From Clostridia bacterium (GTDB taxonomy: Bacteria; Bacillota; Clostridia; TANB77; CAG-508): a stretch of DNA of 61,987 bases. Location: assembly GCA_017397545.1 (NCBI GenBank), contig JAFQIK010000037.1:1-61987 (forward strand), read 5' to 3'. The position numbers were made by a program, and so were the translations under genes. The notes below the pieces were generated by a model. The model did no database searches, was not told where the DNA came from, and saw nothing but the letters and a program-made list of their open reading frames with translations. This document shows, one piece after another, positions 51,129-61,263 of the stretch; position 1 is the stretch's first letter, and the number at the start of each line of letters is the position of its first letter.

Positions 51129-52013
51129 CTATTCATTAATAAACTTTACAATTTCTTTTCCTAGAATTTCTTCTTTATTTGTATAACCATGATCAGTATC
51201 TTTTATATAGCTTATGTCTAATTTGCTATTACTTATTTTTGATTTCAGAAATTCTATAAGTTCCTCTAAATTTTGAATAACTAAATCTTTTTCTCCCCAT
51301 CTCAAAAATAAAGGATTTTTAATATTATTTATTTCTTTAAAATCATATTCTTTATCAGAAAATTTTGCAAAGTCTATATATTTATTGTCTCTATAATATC
51401 TTAAATATGTTTTAACACTTATTGGATGGTCAAAACTATCACTAGGTAATAAATCCATTTCTTGATTTTCTTTTTCTTTTTTAATTGCTAATTCTAATAC
51501 TTTGTTATATTTTTCTATACCTAAATCATATTTTTGTAATTCTACTAAATCAACCCATGATAATAGTATTACAGATTTTATATATTCTAAATTTATATAG
51601 TTTTCTTGTTTTAATTTATTATATGAATATACTATTTTAGTACATCCTAAACTATGACCTTGAATGTGTATTTTTTTATATCCTAGTTGTATCATTTTAT
51701 CTATTGCACCTTTAATATCGTAATAACTTTCCAAAACATCTTCATATGCACATCCACCGTTTAATATTTTACTTCCATCTATTCTTTTAGTATAACATGC
51801 TATTTCTGTTCCTCTATTGTTAAATGCAAAATATGCAACTCCTGATTCATTTATCACGTTTCCTAAAATATTTTCTCTTTTTTTATAGCAATTACTTTGC
51901 ATTCCATGTACTGATATTACTACTTCATCCGTTTCTAAGTTCTTATCTGGTCTGTGTAACAAACCAAATAACTCTATATTATCATCAGTATTAAAATATA
52001 TTTTTTCTAACAT
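51129..52013 (-). CDS. alpha/beta hydrolase
   Basis: 294-aa ORF with nucleophile elbow GHSLG. Confidence 0.7.
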   Translation of the reverse strand: MLEKIYFNTDDNIELFGLLHRPDKNLETDEVVISVHGMQSNCYKKRENILGNVINESGVAYFAFNNRGTEIACYTKRIDGSKILNGGCAYEDVLESYYDIKGAIDKMIQLGYKKIHIQGHSLGCTKIVYSYNKLKQENYINLEYIKSVILLSWVDLVELQKYDLGIEKYNKVLELAIKKEKENQEMDLLPSDSFDHPISVKTYLRYYRDNKYIDFAKFSDKEYDFKEINNIKNPLFLRWGEKDLVIQNLEELIEFLKSKISNSKLDISYIKDTDHGYTNKEEILGKEIVKFINE

Positions 52014-52025
52014 TTATTCCTCCAA

Positions 52026-53069
52026 TTAGAATTTAATATTTTTAATCTCATCACCAACAACATCTTCTATATCTTTTAAATGTCCTGTCTTCTTATCTTT
52101 TAGTTTGAAGTATTGAATTATTCCATAGCCCGGATACTCATTTCCTTCAACTATTACTGGACCTTTATCAGAAAATGCTACATCCCATCCAACATATCTA
52201 ACTTCTGGCACTTCTAAAGCTGCTTCTTTACACATTTCAAAAGCTTCTTTAACTCCCGGAATTTTTACTTTGCTAAATTCTTTGCTTGTTAATGGATGTG
52301 TTATATATATATTTCCATAATCATCTATTACTTTGCTATCTATTTTACCTTCTTCATTTAAGCTAAAATATACATCATTTGTACATCCTATTACTTCAGA
52401 ATCAAATTGATTTACTCTTAAAGCATTTCCTATAATATATGCTTTACCGTCTTTAACTAATGTTACTATTCTATAAGAATTAACAACTTTTGGATTTATT
52501 TCATTTAATTCTTCACATTGAATTATTGCTTCTTCTAATAAGTATTGTTTGTTCTTTATTAGTTTTTCATATAATTCATTAGCGTCTTTCACTTCGCTTG
52601 TTACTATTTTTTCAATTCCATGCCCACATTCACCAAGAGGATCTTTTGCAAATACTACTTCATGTTTTTCTAAAAAGTTTTTAAATTCTTCTATTGTACA
52701 TTTTTTTAAATTTAAATATTCTCTTTTTATATATTCTTTAAAATATTTATTGAATATTAGTTTATCATGAAATAGGCTAATGTATTCATAATTATTAAAA
52801 TAATGAATAACTTTATAAAAAGATTTTGCTGTTACAAATGTATCTTTTTCTTTTTTGCTTAAATTTATATAATCTCCTCTAAAATAATCTGTATATCCAA
52901 TTCCTCTTTTTAAGAAATTTATAATCATATCAAATTTTATATAAAATTTTGATTTATTATTTTCTTTTGCAATAATATCAACTATTGTATCCATTTTTTT
53001 AAAATTTAAATCTTGAATTTTTCTAAGCATTCTCTTTGTACTTTTTTTCATAATATCACCCACGTACAC
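52026..53069 (-). CDS. ATP-grasp-like protein (sugar-transfer-associated ATP-grasp type)
   Basis: 347-aa ORF; family resemblance recalled, not searched; the true start may be MKKSTKR at 53051. Confidence 0.4.
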   Translation of the reverse strand: MYVGDIMKKSTKRMLRKIQDLNFKKMDTIVDIIAKENNKSKFYIKFDMIINFLKRGIGYTDYFRGDYINLSKKEKDTFVTAKSFYKVIHYFNNYEYISLFHDKLIFNKYFKEYIKREYLNLKKCTIEEFKNFLEKHEVVFAKDPLGECGHGIEKIVTSEVKDANELYEKLIKNKQYLLEEAIIQCEELNEINPKVVNSYRIVTLVKDGKAYIIGNALRVNQFDSEVIGCTNDVYFSLNEEGKIDSKVIDDYGNIYITHPLTSKEFSKVKIPGVKEAFEMCKEAALEVPEVRYVGWDVAFSDKGPVIVEGNEYPGYGIIQYFKLKDKKTGHLKDIEDVVGDEIKNIKF

Positions 53070-53140
53070 TATAGCACTTTTTAAGAAATTTGTCTATATT
53101 TGTTTGTTATTGTTTTTCAACTCCTCCAATTTAAAATCAA

Positions 53141-53178
53141 AAAATAAAACCACAGCTTTTAGCTGTGATTTCATTTTT
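53141..53178 (-). terminator. terminator after ssrA
   Basis: CACAGCT aaa AGCTGTG + GTTTTATTTTTT on the minus strand. Confidence 0.7.
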
Positions 53179-53534
53179 TGGTGGAGATGGAGGGAGTTGA
53201 ACCCTCGTCCAATAATTTTTCCATATAAACATCTACGGGTGTAGTTTGTTATTAAAAATTCCCGCTAATTCTCGTTAACAAACAAACTTGAATTTTTGGT
53301 ATCCTTTTATTACCCATTATTTCCAAGGAAAGAAATAATTTTGTTTCCTACTTTAGTCGGCGCTTTATCCATAACAGTAGGCTTTATGGTAAAACGACGC
53401 TCGCACTATTAGGCAGCGTATGCTAATTCTTTATCAGCGTTTATATTTATTTTGCTTTTTTTAAGTGGCCAAAGCAACCATCCACTACTCGCAGTTTATA
53501 CTTCTAAATTACTGTCGAAACCAAATACATCCCC
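53179..53534 (-). ncRNA. ssrA: tmRNA
   Basis: 5' GGGGATGTATTTGGTTTCGACAG, 3' tRNA-like GGAGGGAGTTGAACCCTC..CTCCACCA; internal tag frame ending ..DKELAYAA TAA TAG. Confidence 0.9.
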
Positions 53535-53608
53535 ATGTACATATAATATTATAGCATAGTTATTATATGTTTTACAATGTTAAAAAATGATAAATTATAA
53601 TTTGACCA

Positions 53609-53700
53609 TGTGAAGCGGGATGTGTGAGGTGTGATTTTAAAGATAAGTTTCGCAGACTATACTCTGGTTTCACACTTCCCACCTCTCACTTCACACTTCC
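53609..53700. repeat. GT-rich/CA-rich hairpin repeat (family copy 4)
   Basis: GTGAAGCGGGATGTGTGAGGTGTG ATTTTAAAGATAAGTTTCGCAGAC .. CACACTTCCCACCTCTCACTTCACACTTCC. Confidence 0.75.
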
Positions 53701-53788
53701 ATACACACAACTATTTTATATAATATTTTTTTATTTTTCTCTTGCGTATATTTAAAATATATGCTAATATAATTAAGTAATTTAATTT

Positions 53789-53863
53789 AGGGGTATAGTG
53801 TCAATGGTAGCACATCGGTCTCCAAAACCGCCTGTGAGGGTTCGAATCCTTCTACCCCTGCCA
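53789..53863 (+). tRNA. tRNA-Trp (anticodon CCA)
   Basis: AGGGGTATAGTGTCAATGGTAGCACATCGGTCTCCAAAACCGCCTGTGAGGGTTCGAATCCTTCTACCCCTGCCA; one T:C mismatch at the top of the anticodon stem. Confidence 0.85.
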
Positions 53864-53910
53864 AATCTAAAGCTTTAAAATTCAAAAACTTTATTAGTAA
53901 TGAAGCTAAA

Positions 53911-54360
53911 TTATCTTTGAAAAAACAACCTAATTTTACTAACAATTTTTTTTATTAATGACTTTTTGTATTCCCCTACTTTTGTACTTTCGTTTCCTGT
54001 TATTGCAATTTCAACTTTCTTTCGTTTGTTTTTAAATAAATTATCAGGATTATACTTTTCTCTTAATTCATTTTGATATTTTATTTCGTTATAATTCAAG
54101 ATTTTTTCTAACTCTATTCTCTCCATATCATTGCATATATAATATTTGTATATTACCGTTAATATCTCTTTTGTTGTTGGCAATAAATCTTGTTTATCTA
54201 GTGATAATGACTTGTTTATATTCCAATTATAATCTTTTGATTTATTAATTTCAAAATAACTAATAACTTTCTTTGGTATTACAGCCTTTAAGCTTGGTTC
54301 AGTATATTTTAGAATTTCACTTATTTGATAAAGTGAATTTGAATATTCAGTGTTTTCCAT
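53911..54360 (-). CDS. hypothetical protein (start taken at MENTEYSN)
   Basis: ATG at 54360 is 1 nt after the upstream stop, with a GGAGAA RBS; no family recognised. Confidence 0.5.
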   Translation of the reverse strand: MENTEYSNSLYQISEILKYTEPSLKAVIPKKVISYFEINKSKDYNWNINKSLSLDKQDLLPTTKEILTVIYKYYICNDMERIELEKILNYNEIKYQNELREKYNPDNLFKNKRKKVEIAITGNESTKVGEYKKSLIKKIVSKIRLFFQR

Positions 54361-54361
54361 C

Positions 54362-55525
54362 TTATTCTCCTTTTTTTTCAAGTTTATCTTCTCTATCAGG
54401 CTCCAACCAGTCATCTATCATATTTATTAATGATACGTATCTTTGTTCAACAGTTTCTGTTCCTTGTTCTGTTGCAATATCTTTAAAAAATTTTTTATCT
54501 ATATGTGGGACTTCTTCTTTTTCTTCTCTTTGACAACATAATGCCAATTTTTCTATTAAATATTTTTCATTCTCTTCTCCACTATGATTTCTAGCATATT
54601 CTGCATATTCTTCTGATTGAACTATTGGTACTAAAGCCTTAATTTGATTACCTGTCAGGTTCCATAATTCATGCATATAAAACTCTCTTTCTTTTGAAAT
54701 GTCGAAGATTTCTAAATAAAATTCAAGTACCTCTTCTCCATTCATATTTGTTTTTACTTTACATTCTCTGATTTCTCTAATTTCTATCGGATACTTATGT
54801 CCCTCTCTTTTTTCTAAAAATCCTCTATATAATCCTTCTTTTTTTAAATATTCTATATATTCTTGTTGAAATTGTCTCGACATTTCATCACGATAATCTA
54901 CTAATTCTTTCTTCCTAATATCTTCTGGAGTTAATTGATTTAATACTACAAAAGATAATCCTCTATCTTTAAATAAAAAACTATAATCACTTGAAATCGC
55001 AACATTTCTTTTTTGCATTTCAGAATATAATGTTTTTAATAATTTATTACCTTGTTCATTTATAGATATCAAATCAAATATTCCATCAGTTTTCATAGGT
55101 CCTGCACTCCATAGTGCTACAATTCCGGGCGCTTTTTGTACTATTCCTAATTTTTTTAATAAAATTTCATCCGTTATTTTTTTATCATTATTATCAATAT
55201 ATTTTTCGATAATTTTTCGTCTTTCTTCTTCAGTTTTTTCCATTAATCTAGAATAAGTTTCTGAGCTATTTGTCACCCAAACATATCCATCGCTAAATTC
55301 CATCATGTGAATTTCATCCGGATTTTCAACAATCTCTCCATCAAATGGATGTTCTTTATTTGAACCTTCTGTTTCTTCATATTTAACTTGTTCTTTACCT
55401 CCATACTCTAAATTATGTTCTGTATAAAATCCATGTCCAGCATTAAATCCTACTAATTTACCATCTCTATATAATATCTCTTGCGAATGACTAGCATATC
55501 TACTCATAAATTTCTTCTCCTTCAT
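54362..55525 (-). CDS. hypothetical protein
   Basis: 387-aa acidic ORF; no family recognised. Confidence 0.55.
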   Translation of the reverse strand: MKEKKFMSRYASHSQEILYRDGKLVGFNAGHGFYTEHNLEYGGKEQVKYEETEGSNKEHPFDGEIVENPDEIHMMEFSDGYVWVTNSSETYSRLMEKTEEERRKIIEKYIDNNDKKITDEILLKKLGIVQKAPGIVALWSAGPMKTDGIFDLISINEQGNKLLKTLYSEMQKRNVAISSDYSFLFKDRGLSFVVLNQLTPEDIRKKELVDYRDEMSRQFQQEYIEYLKKEGLYRGFLEKREGHKYPIEIREIRECKVKTNMNGEEVLEFYLEIFDISKEREFYMHELWNLTGNQIKALVPIVQSEEYAEYARNHSGEENEKYLIEKLALCCQREEKEEVPHIDKKFFKDIATEQGTETVEQRYVSLINMIDDWLEPDREDKLEKKGE

Positions 55526-55660
55526 TTTTATATTGCTCTTAATATATTTTTATATAATTTTATCACATACTTTATTTTTTTACAAATATTATGGGAATTT
55601 GGTATGAGTTTTTTTCGTTTCATTTTCACTTTATTTTATTCTTAAAAATTTGGAGGTCTT

Positions 55661-56259
55661 ATGAAACTTTTTAATTCTTTCAGTTTTTCTATCATAATTT
55701 TTACTTTTATTTTAATTTTTAGTTTTTGTTTTTTTATTCCAGTATTTTCTGACTATGGTTATATTTCCACTTATATTCCAGATAATTTAAATTCTAACAT
55801 TAATATTACATCTTCTTCATTTTTATGGCCTACGCCACGGTTTTAACACAATAACTTCAAATTTTGGTTATAGAACAGCTCCTACCTCTGGTGCAAGCGC
55901 CTATCATGGAGGTATAGATATTGCAGTACCTGCTGGTAGCAATATAATTGCAGCATGTAGTGGTAAAGTTACTTTTACTGGCTTTTATGGTGCTGGTGGA
56001 TATACTGTTACAATTACAAATAATAATCTTTCTATTTCATATTGCCATGTTTCTCCAACTTTTTTAGTTTATACTGGGCAATATGTGAGTCGAGGTGATA
56101 TCATCGCAAAAGTTGGTCCTAAAAATGTATATGGTGTTCCAAATAATCCATATAAAGACTCAAATGGTGTTCCTACAAATCGGTGCCACTACTGGACCTC
56201 ATTTACATTTTGCCATAAAGAAAGACGGCAAAGCCGTCAATCCTTTGAATTATTATTAA
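55661..56259 (+). CDS. M23 family metallopeptidase with N-terminal TM; two +1 shifts at CGG (55838..55840 and 56181..56183)
   Basis: ..FLWPTP CGG -> skip C at 55838 -> GFNTITSNFGYRTAPTSGASAYHGGIDIAVPAGSNI..; ..GVPTN CGG -> skip C at 56181 -> GATTGPHLHFAIKKDGKAVNPLNYY stop; HxxxD and HLH M23 motifs are recovered only with the shifts. Confidence 0.85.
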
Positions 56260-56260
56260 A

Positions 56261-58156
56261 TTAAAAATCTAATATGTTTTTAGTGTATTCATAATACATT
56301 TTTCTTAAAGTTTCTATTTTTTCTTCTAATTCTATTGATAAATCAGACGCTAATTTATAATCCTCATCTTTTATCGCTTTTTTAATTCTTGTAAACAAGC
56401 ATTCAAAATGTGTTGAATCTTTTGCTAAATTTTTTCTAATTTCATTTATCTTAGTCCAAGCACTTAAATCATTGTCTAAAGCTTTTTCAGGTATATGTAT
56501 TGCTTTATAACTTCTAATTTCGTTTGTGTACTCTGTAAGAATTCTTTTTGTTAATTCCTCTCTCCATCTTTTTATTACAGATATTTTAAATGAATTTATT
56601 ATCTTTTCTTCAAAAACATTGTTAACTTTTAATATTTCTAATTTTTCTTTTTGTAAATCTAAATTCTCAATATTCTCAATTACACTTTTAGGTGCCTTTC
56701 CAAATAAACTATTCCTTTCTTCTTCAGTATAATCCTCAAAAACATCTTTTTCACTTCTATATTCTCTGTCTTTTTCTAAATATCCAAATTCCTCTCCTTG
56801 CTTTTTTGATAGTTCTTTTAATAGTTCTTCTTCAGTCTTTTTACTATTTAATGCATATTTAATTCCATCAAGCATTGCCATATATGAAACTGCAGTTGCT
56901 AAATATATATTTGTTCTTGGGTTTGGAGATCTAAGTTCAAATCTTGTTGACATTTTGCTATTAATGTCTTTTATTAGAGATATTAATACTGTTCTATTTC
57001 TAGAAGGAATCTTAACATCATTTCCTAGTGATGTAACTATACAAACTGGTGCTTCATATCCTGGTTTTAATCTCTTTAACGAATCATGTGTAGAAGATAT
57101 AAATGGATTCATTATTTCGTAATTTTTTAGTAATCCCATTAATGCTCCATATCCAATATTACCTAAGAAATGCTCTTCACTTCCATTAAATATATTTACC
57201 TTTTTTCCATCTTTTAATCTTGCTTTTGCTCCTAAATGAATATGCATTCCGTTCCCTGCAACATCCTCTATAGGTTTAGACATAAATGTTGTTTCTAATC
57301 CATGACTTAAAAATGTTTCTTGTATTAAATTTTTTATAAACATTTGGTTATCAGAAGTTTGCATAGGTATAGAAAATCTCCAGTCTACTTCTAATTGTTC
57401 CATTACGTGATTATATCTACCATTGGAATCTAATTTTGCTTTAATTCCACCAACTTCTTTGTGTCCCATTTCTGGCTCTAATTCATATTTATCCATCGCA
57501 ATTAATGTTTCTTCTAATGCGCTTCTTACTGGTCCGTTTATTTTGGTCCAGTATTGTTCTTGTAAGCATTCTGATGCAGTTAGTGCTTCTATTTCTGCTT
57601 TATCATTTGGAGTTTTTACCCAAAACTCTAGTTCTGCTGCTGTATCTAATTCTATTTGTTTAACATCTTCTCCATTAAATTCTGTTATAGCATCAGAATT
57701 TTCTTGTATTAGTTTCAAAACTTCTTCTTTAAAAGTTTTTTCTGCTGATTTTAAAATGCTTCTAGAATCTACTGCTTTTCCACCATGATAAAGAAATGCT
57801 GGTATTATTATTGTTCCTATTGGTTTATTTGTTTCTTCATCTATTAAAGAATTATTATAATCTATAAACCAATCACACTCTTTGTCTACTATCATATCAA
57901 TTTTTGCATCATTCAATGTAGCAATCCCTGGAAGTGCTACTGATGAGCCATCTGTTTGAACCGCTATTCCATTTAAAAAATCATTAATGTTTTTTAAAAA
58001 TATATTTGTTGGAATTTTTTCTTCTGTTCCGTTTCCATATAAATCTATCCCCATTAAAGACACAAATTTTATTTCTGGATAATCTGATAGTAATTTTCTT
58101 AAATCTTTTTCATTATGTTTTTCTTCTTTTATTTTATATAACATTTTCTGTGACAT
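56261..58156 (-). CDS. glnA: glutamine synthetase (long, type III-like form)
   Basis: 631-aa ORF; GHKEVGG, KPIEDVAGNGMHIHL, NRTVLI, FELRSPNPRTNIYL motifs. Confidence 0.8.
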   Translation of the reverse strand: MSQKMLYKIKEEKHNEKDLRKLLSDYPEIKFVSLMGIDLYGNGTEEKIPTNIFLKNINDFLNGIAVQTDGSSVALPGIATLNDAKIDMIVDKECDWFIDYNNSLIDEETNKPIGTIIIPAFLYHGGKAVDSRSILKSAEKTFKEEVLKLIQENSDAITEFNGEDVKQIELDTAAELEFWVKTPNDKAEIEALTASECLQEQYWTKINGPVRSALEETLIAMDKYELEPEMGHKEVGGIKAKLDSNGRYNHVMEQLEVDWRFSIPMQTSDNQMFIKNLIQETFLSHGLETTFMSKPIEDVAGNGMHIHLGAKARLKDGKKVNIFNGSEEHFLGNIGYGALMGLLKNYEIMNPFISSTHDSLKRLKPGYEAPVCIVTSLGNDVKIPSRNRTVLISLIKDINSKMSTRFELRSPNPRTNIYLATAVSYMAMLDGIKYALNSKKTEEELLKELSKKQGEEFGYLEKDREYRSEKDVFEDYTEEERNSLFGKAPKSVIENIENLDLQKEKLEILKVNNVFEEKIINSFKISVIKRWREELTKRILTEYTNEIRSYKAIHIPEKALDNDLSAWTKINEIRKNLAKDSTHFECLFTRIKKAIKDEDYKLASDLSIELEEKIETLRKMYYEYTKNILDF

Positions 58157-58176
58157 ACCTTTTCCTCCTATTCACT

Positions 58177-58206
58177 AAAAAAGAGCGCTATAAAAGCACT
58201 CTTTTT
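58177..58206 (-). terminator. hairpin + T-run between the zinc-ribbon gene and glnA
   Basis: AAGAGTGC ttttata GCGCTCTT TTTT on the minus strand (one mismatch). Confidence 0.55.
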
Positions 58207-58671
58207 TTACATATCATCATCTTCATCATTATGGCAAGCTGAACAATCATGTCCACAATCTTCATCATGGCAGTCATGACAATCACATTCATCTCCCCAA
58301 TCTAGTTCTATCATATTATTACATTCTGGGCATTCTATTTCATCTTTTAATTCTTCAGACTCTACTACAAATTCATTATTGCAGTATGGACAAGTAATTG
58401 AAAAATCACATTCATCGTCCACAAACAATTCTCTTTCCATTGATTTTATTTTATTTTCCAAATCTTCTATTTTTTCTTGCATAACTGCCTGTGCTCCTGC
58501 TATAGTTTCCATTCTAGTGGCAGCCATTTCTTCTATTCTATTCATTTCTTCAAAGAATAAATTATATAAATTAAATATTTGTGTTTTTATATACTCTAAA
58601 TCTTCTTTGTTTTGAATATTTGTTTCTAAATCTTCTAAAATTTGTTTGAATTTAACATTTAAATTAGACAT
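58207..58671 (-). CDS. zinc-ribbon protein with acidic Cys/His/Asp-rich tail
   Basis: 154-aa ORF; coiled-coil N-half; CPYC..CPEC then DECDCHDCHDEDCGHDCSACHNDEDDDM. Confidence 0.6.
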   Translation of the reverse strand: MSNLNVKFKQILEDLETNIQNKEDLEYIKTQIFNLYNLFFEEMNRIEEMAATRMETIAGAQAVMQEKIEDLENKIKSMERELFVDDECDFSITCPYCNNEFVVESEELKDEIECPECNNMIELDWGDECDCHDCHDEDCGHDCSACHNDEDDDM

Positions 58672-58692
58672 TATTATTAAAACCTTCCCTTT

Positions 58693-59262
58693 TTAAATTC
58701 TTTCCATATATTCGCCAGTTCTTGTATCTATTCTAATTACATCTCCTGTATTTACAAATAGAGGAACATTTATCGAATGACCTGTTTCTAACTGTGCTGG
58801 TTTTGTTTGTCCAGCTCCTGCTGTGTTTCCAGCAAATCCTGGTTCTGTATATGTAATTTCTAATTCTACAAATATAGGTGGTTCTACAGCAAATACATTT
58901 CCTTTAAATGATAAAATTTTAACTGTCATATTTTCTTTTAAATATTTTAATGTATCTCCTAAATCACTTTCGTTTAATGGAATTTGGTCATATGTTTCAT
59001 TATCCATAAAGTAATATAATTCTCCATCATTATATAAGTATTGCATTTCTTTTTTTTCTATTTCTGCTCCTTGTAATTTTTCTGATGGATTAAAAGTTTT
59101 TTCTAAAACTGATCCGTTAATTACGTTTTTTAGTTTTGTTCTTACAAACGCTGCTCCTTTTCCTGGTTTTACGTGTTGAAATTCTACAACTTTATAAACT
59201 GAACCCTCTAATTCAAATGTTGTTCCATTTCTTACATCTCCTGCCATATAAACTTCTGCCAT
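58693..59262 (-). CDS. efp: elongation factor P
   Basis: 189-aa ORF; [16 protein letters not shown] motif. Confidence 0.95.
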   Translation of the reverse strand: MAEVYMAGDVRNGTTFELEGSVYKVVEFQHVKPGKGAAFVRTKLKNVINGSVLEKTFNPSEKLQGAEIEKKEMQYLYNDGELYYFMDNETYDQIPLNESDLGDTLKYLKENMTVKILSFKGNVFAVEPPIFVELEITYTEPGFAGNTAGAGQTKPAQLETGHSINVPLFVNTGDVIRIDTRTGEYMERI

Positions 59263-59367
59263 AAATTATTACCCCTTTTCTTTTTTATATTTCAATCTTC
59301 TATATTTTAATATATTTTATGGAAAAAATCAAGCATTTATACTTAATAACAGTATAAATGCTTGTTT

Positions 59368-60435
59368 TTATATAACCACATATCCTTTATTTGATTTTGT
59401 AAGAGGAGTGCAGTAACTTTTATTAATTAATACAGTATCTTCTATCCTAATTCCGTATTTTCCTGGTAAGTATATTCCTGGTTCATTTGTTACAACCATA
59501 TCTTCTTTAAAAAAACTTTCGTTTTTACTATTTATATTAGGCATTTCATGTATTTCTAATCCTACTCCATGTCCTAAACCATGTATTAAATTATAATTAT
59601 TAAATTTAAAACTATCTTCTACCCTTCTAGATATATTTTTAATGTTATAATTACTTCTCATTTCTTCTAAAACATTTTGTTGATTTTTAAGAACTAAATC
59701 GTATACTGGTTTTATCTCTTCCAAAATACATCCCATAAATATTGTTCTTGTCATATCAGAACAATATCCATTATATTTGCACCCCATATCAATTAATATT
59801 GGGTCTGCCATTTGTATTTTTCTATCAGACGGTTTCCAATGTGGAATAGAAGAATTTGGCCCACTTGCAACTATTGTATCAAATGCTAAGTCTTCTGCAC
59901 CATTCTTTTTAAAAAACATTTCTATTTCTAGTGCAATTTCTTTTTCTGTCACACCTTCTTTTATATATGTTAATAAATATTCAAAGCATTTATCTGTAAT
60001 TTCACATGCTTTTTTTATATTTTGTATCTCTTGCTCATCTTTTATCATTCTTTGTTTTTCTATTATGCCATCTGTTTCTGCCATGTTATTAATTCTATAT
60101 CTCTGTTTTAATCTTTTAAATTGTTCATATGTTACATAGTTTTCTTCAAATCCTATGTTTTCACAAAACACAAAAAAATTTTCTGCTTCTTCTTTAGATA
60201 CATCTCTTGTATCTACTACAATTATTTCATCGTCTATTGTTAAGGTTTTATTTACATCTTCTATAAACATTGTATACGTCAAATATATATTTTCTTTTCT
60301 TGTAATTAATAATATACCTTCTATTTCAGGATCTATATTAGTTAGATATTTTATATTAATTGGATTAGAAACAATCATTCCTTCTAATTTTAAACTCTTT
60401 AATTTTTCCCTCAATGCACGTATTTTATAGTTCAT
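59368..60435 (-). CDS. pepP: Xaa-Pro aminopeptidase (M24 family)
   Basis: 355-aa ORF; HGLGHGVGLEIHE and NEPGIY motifs. Confidence 0.9.
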   Translation of the reverse strand: MNYKIRALREKLKSLKLEGMIVSNPINIKYLTNIDPEIEGILLITRKENIYLTYTMFIEDVNKTLTIDDEIIVVDTRDVSKEEAENFFVFCENIGFEENYVTYEQFKRLKQRYRINNMAETDGIIEKQRMIKDEQEIQNIKKACEITDKCFEYLLTYIKEGVTEKEIALEIEMFFKKNGAEDLAFDTIVASGPNSSIPHWKPSDRKIQMADPILIDMGCKYNGYCSDMTRTIFMGCILEEIKPVYDLVLKNQQNVLEEMRSNYNIKNISRRVEDSFKFNNYNLIHGLGHGVGLEIHEMPNINSKNESFFKEDMVVTNEPGIYLPGKYGIRIEDTVLINKSYCTPLTKSNKGYVVI

Positions 60436-60516
60436 AAATAAGCACCTCCTACATTATTATTCTTCATTTTTCACTCTTAACTTTTCACTGCCTTAATTTT
60501 TATAAAAATTAAGGCA

Positions 60517-61263
60517 CTAGTACATTCCTAATGTAAAGAATTCCATAAGCATATTAAATAAAAGACTAAATGGTACAAATATTGTTATTACTGTTGATAT
60601 TACTATAAATGGACCAAATGGTATGTAATTATCTGCATTTTTCTTGCTAGCAACCATATATATAACACTTCCAATTGCTCCAATTAAAAATGCTAATACT
60701 GATATTACAACTATATTTTGAAGTCCAAAATATAGTCCTAGTGCTCCCATTAACTTTACATCTCCCATTCCCATTGCTTCTTTACCAGCAATAAGGCCTC
60801 CAAGTAATGTAATAAGTAAAAATATTCCTCCTCCTGCAAACATTCCAAGAAGCATGTTTAATGCTATATTTATATTAGTAAATCCATGTAAAAATACAAA
60901 CACTAAACCAATCTCAAACATAAGTAAATTAAGTCTGTTTGGTATTATTTGTTCCTTTAAATCTACAAAAAATGCACATTCTAGCATTGGGAATAATAAT
61001 AAATATTTTATTAAATCTAAATTTGTATATAATGTATTGCCTATTCCAAATTTATATAGTAATAAAATATATCCAATTGCAGTAATAGCTATTAGTGTGT
61101 AATTTGGAAGTATTATTCTTTTATATTTTGCAAAACTTTCTTTTGAAAATATTTTTTGCTCTTTTAAGAAACATCTGCTACAATAATCAACAAATTGTCC
61201 AACAATACCTCCAACTATCGCTAATATAACGTAATATAATATATGTACATCATTAAAATACAT
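60517..61263 (-). CDS. prepilin peptidase (A24 family)
   Basis: 248-aa polytopic ORF; GMGDVKLMGALG motif. Confidence 0.85.
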   Translation of the reverse strand: MYFNDVHILYYVILAIVGGIVGQFVDYCSRCFLKEQKIFSKESFAKYKRIILPNYTLIAITAIGYILLLYKFGIGNTLYTNLDLIKYLLLFPMLECAFFVDLKEQIIPNRLNLLMFEIGLVFVFLHGFTNINIALNMLLGMFAGGGIFLLITLLGGLIAGKEAMGMGDVKLMGALGLYFGLQNIVVISVLAFLIGAIGSVIYMVASKKNADNYIPFGPFIVISTVITIFVPFSLLFNMLMEFFTLGMY

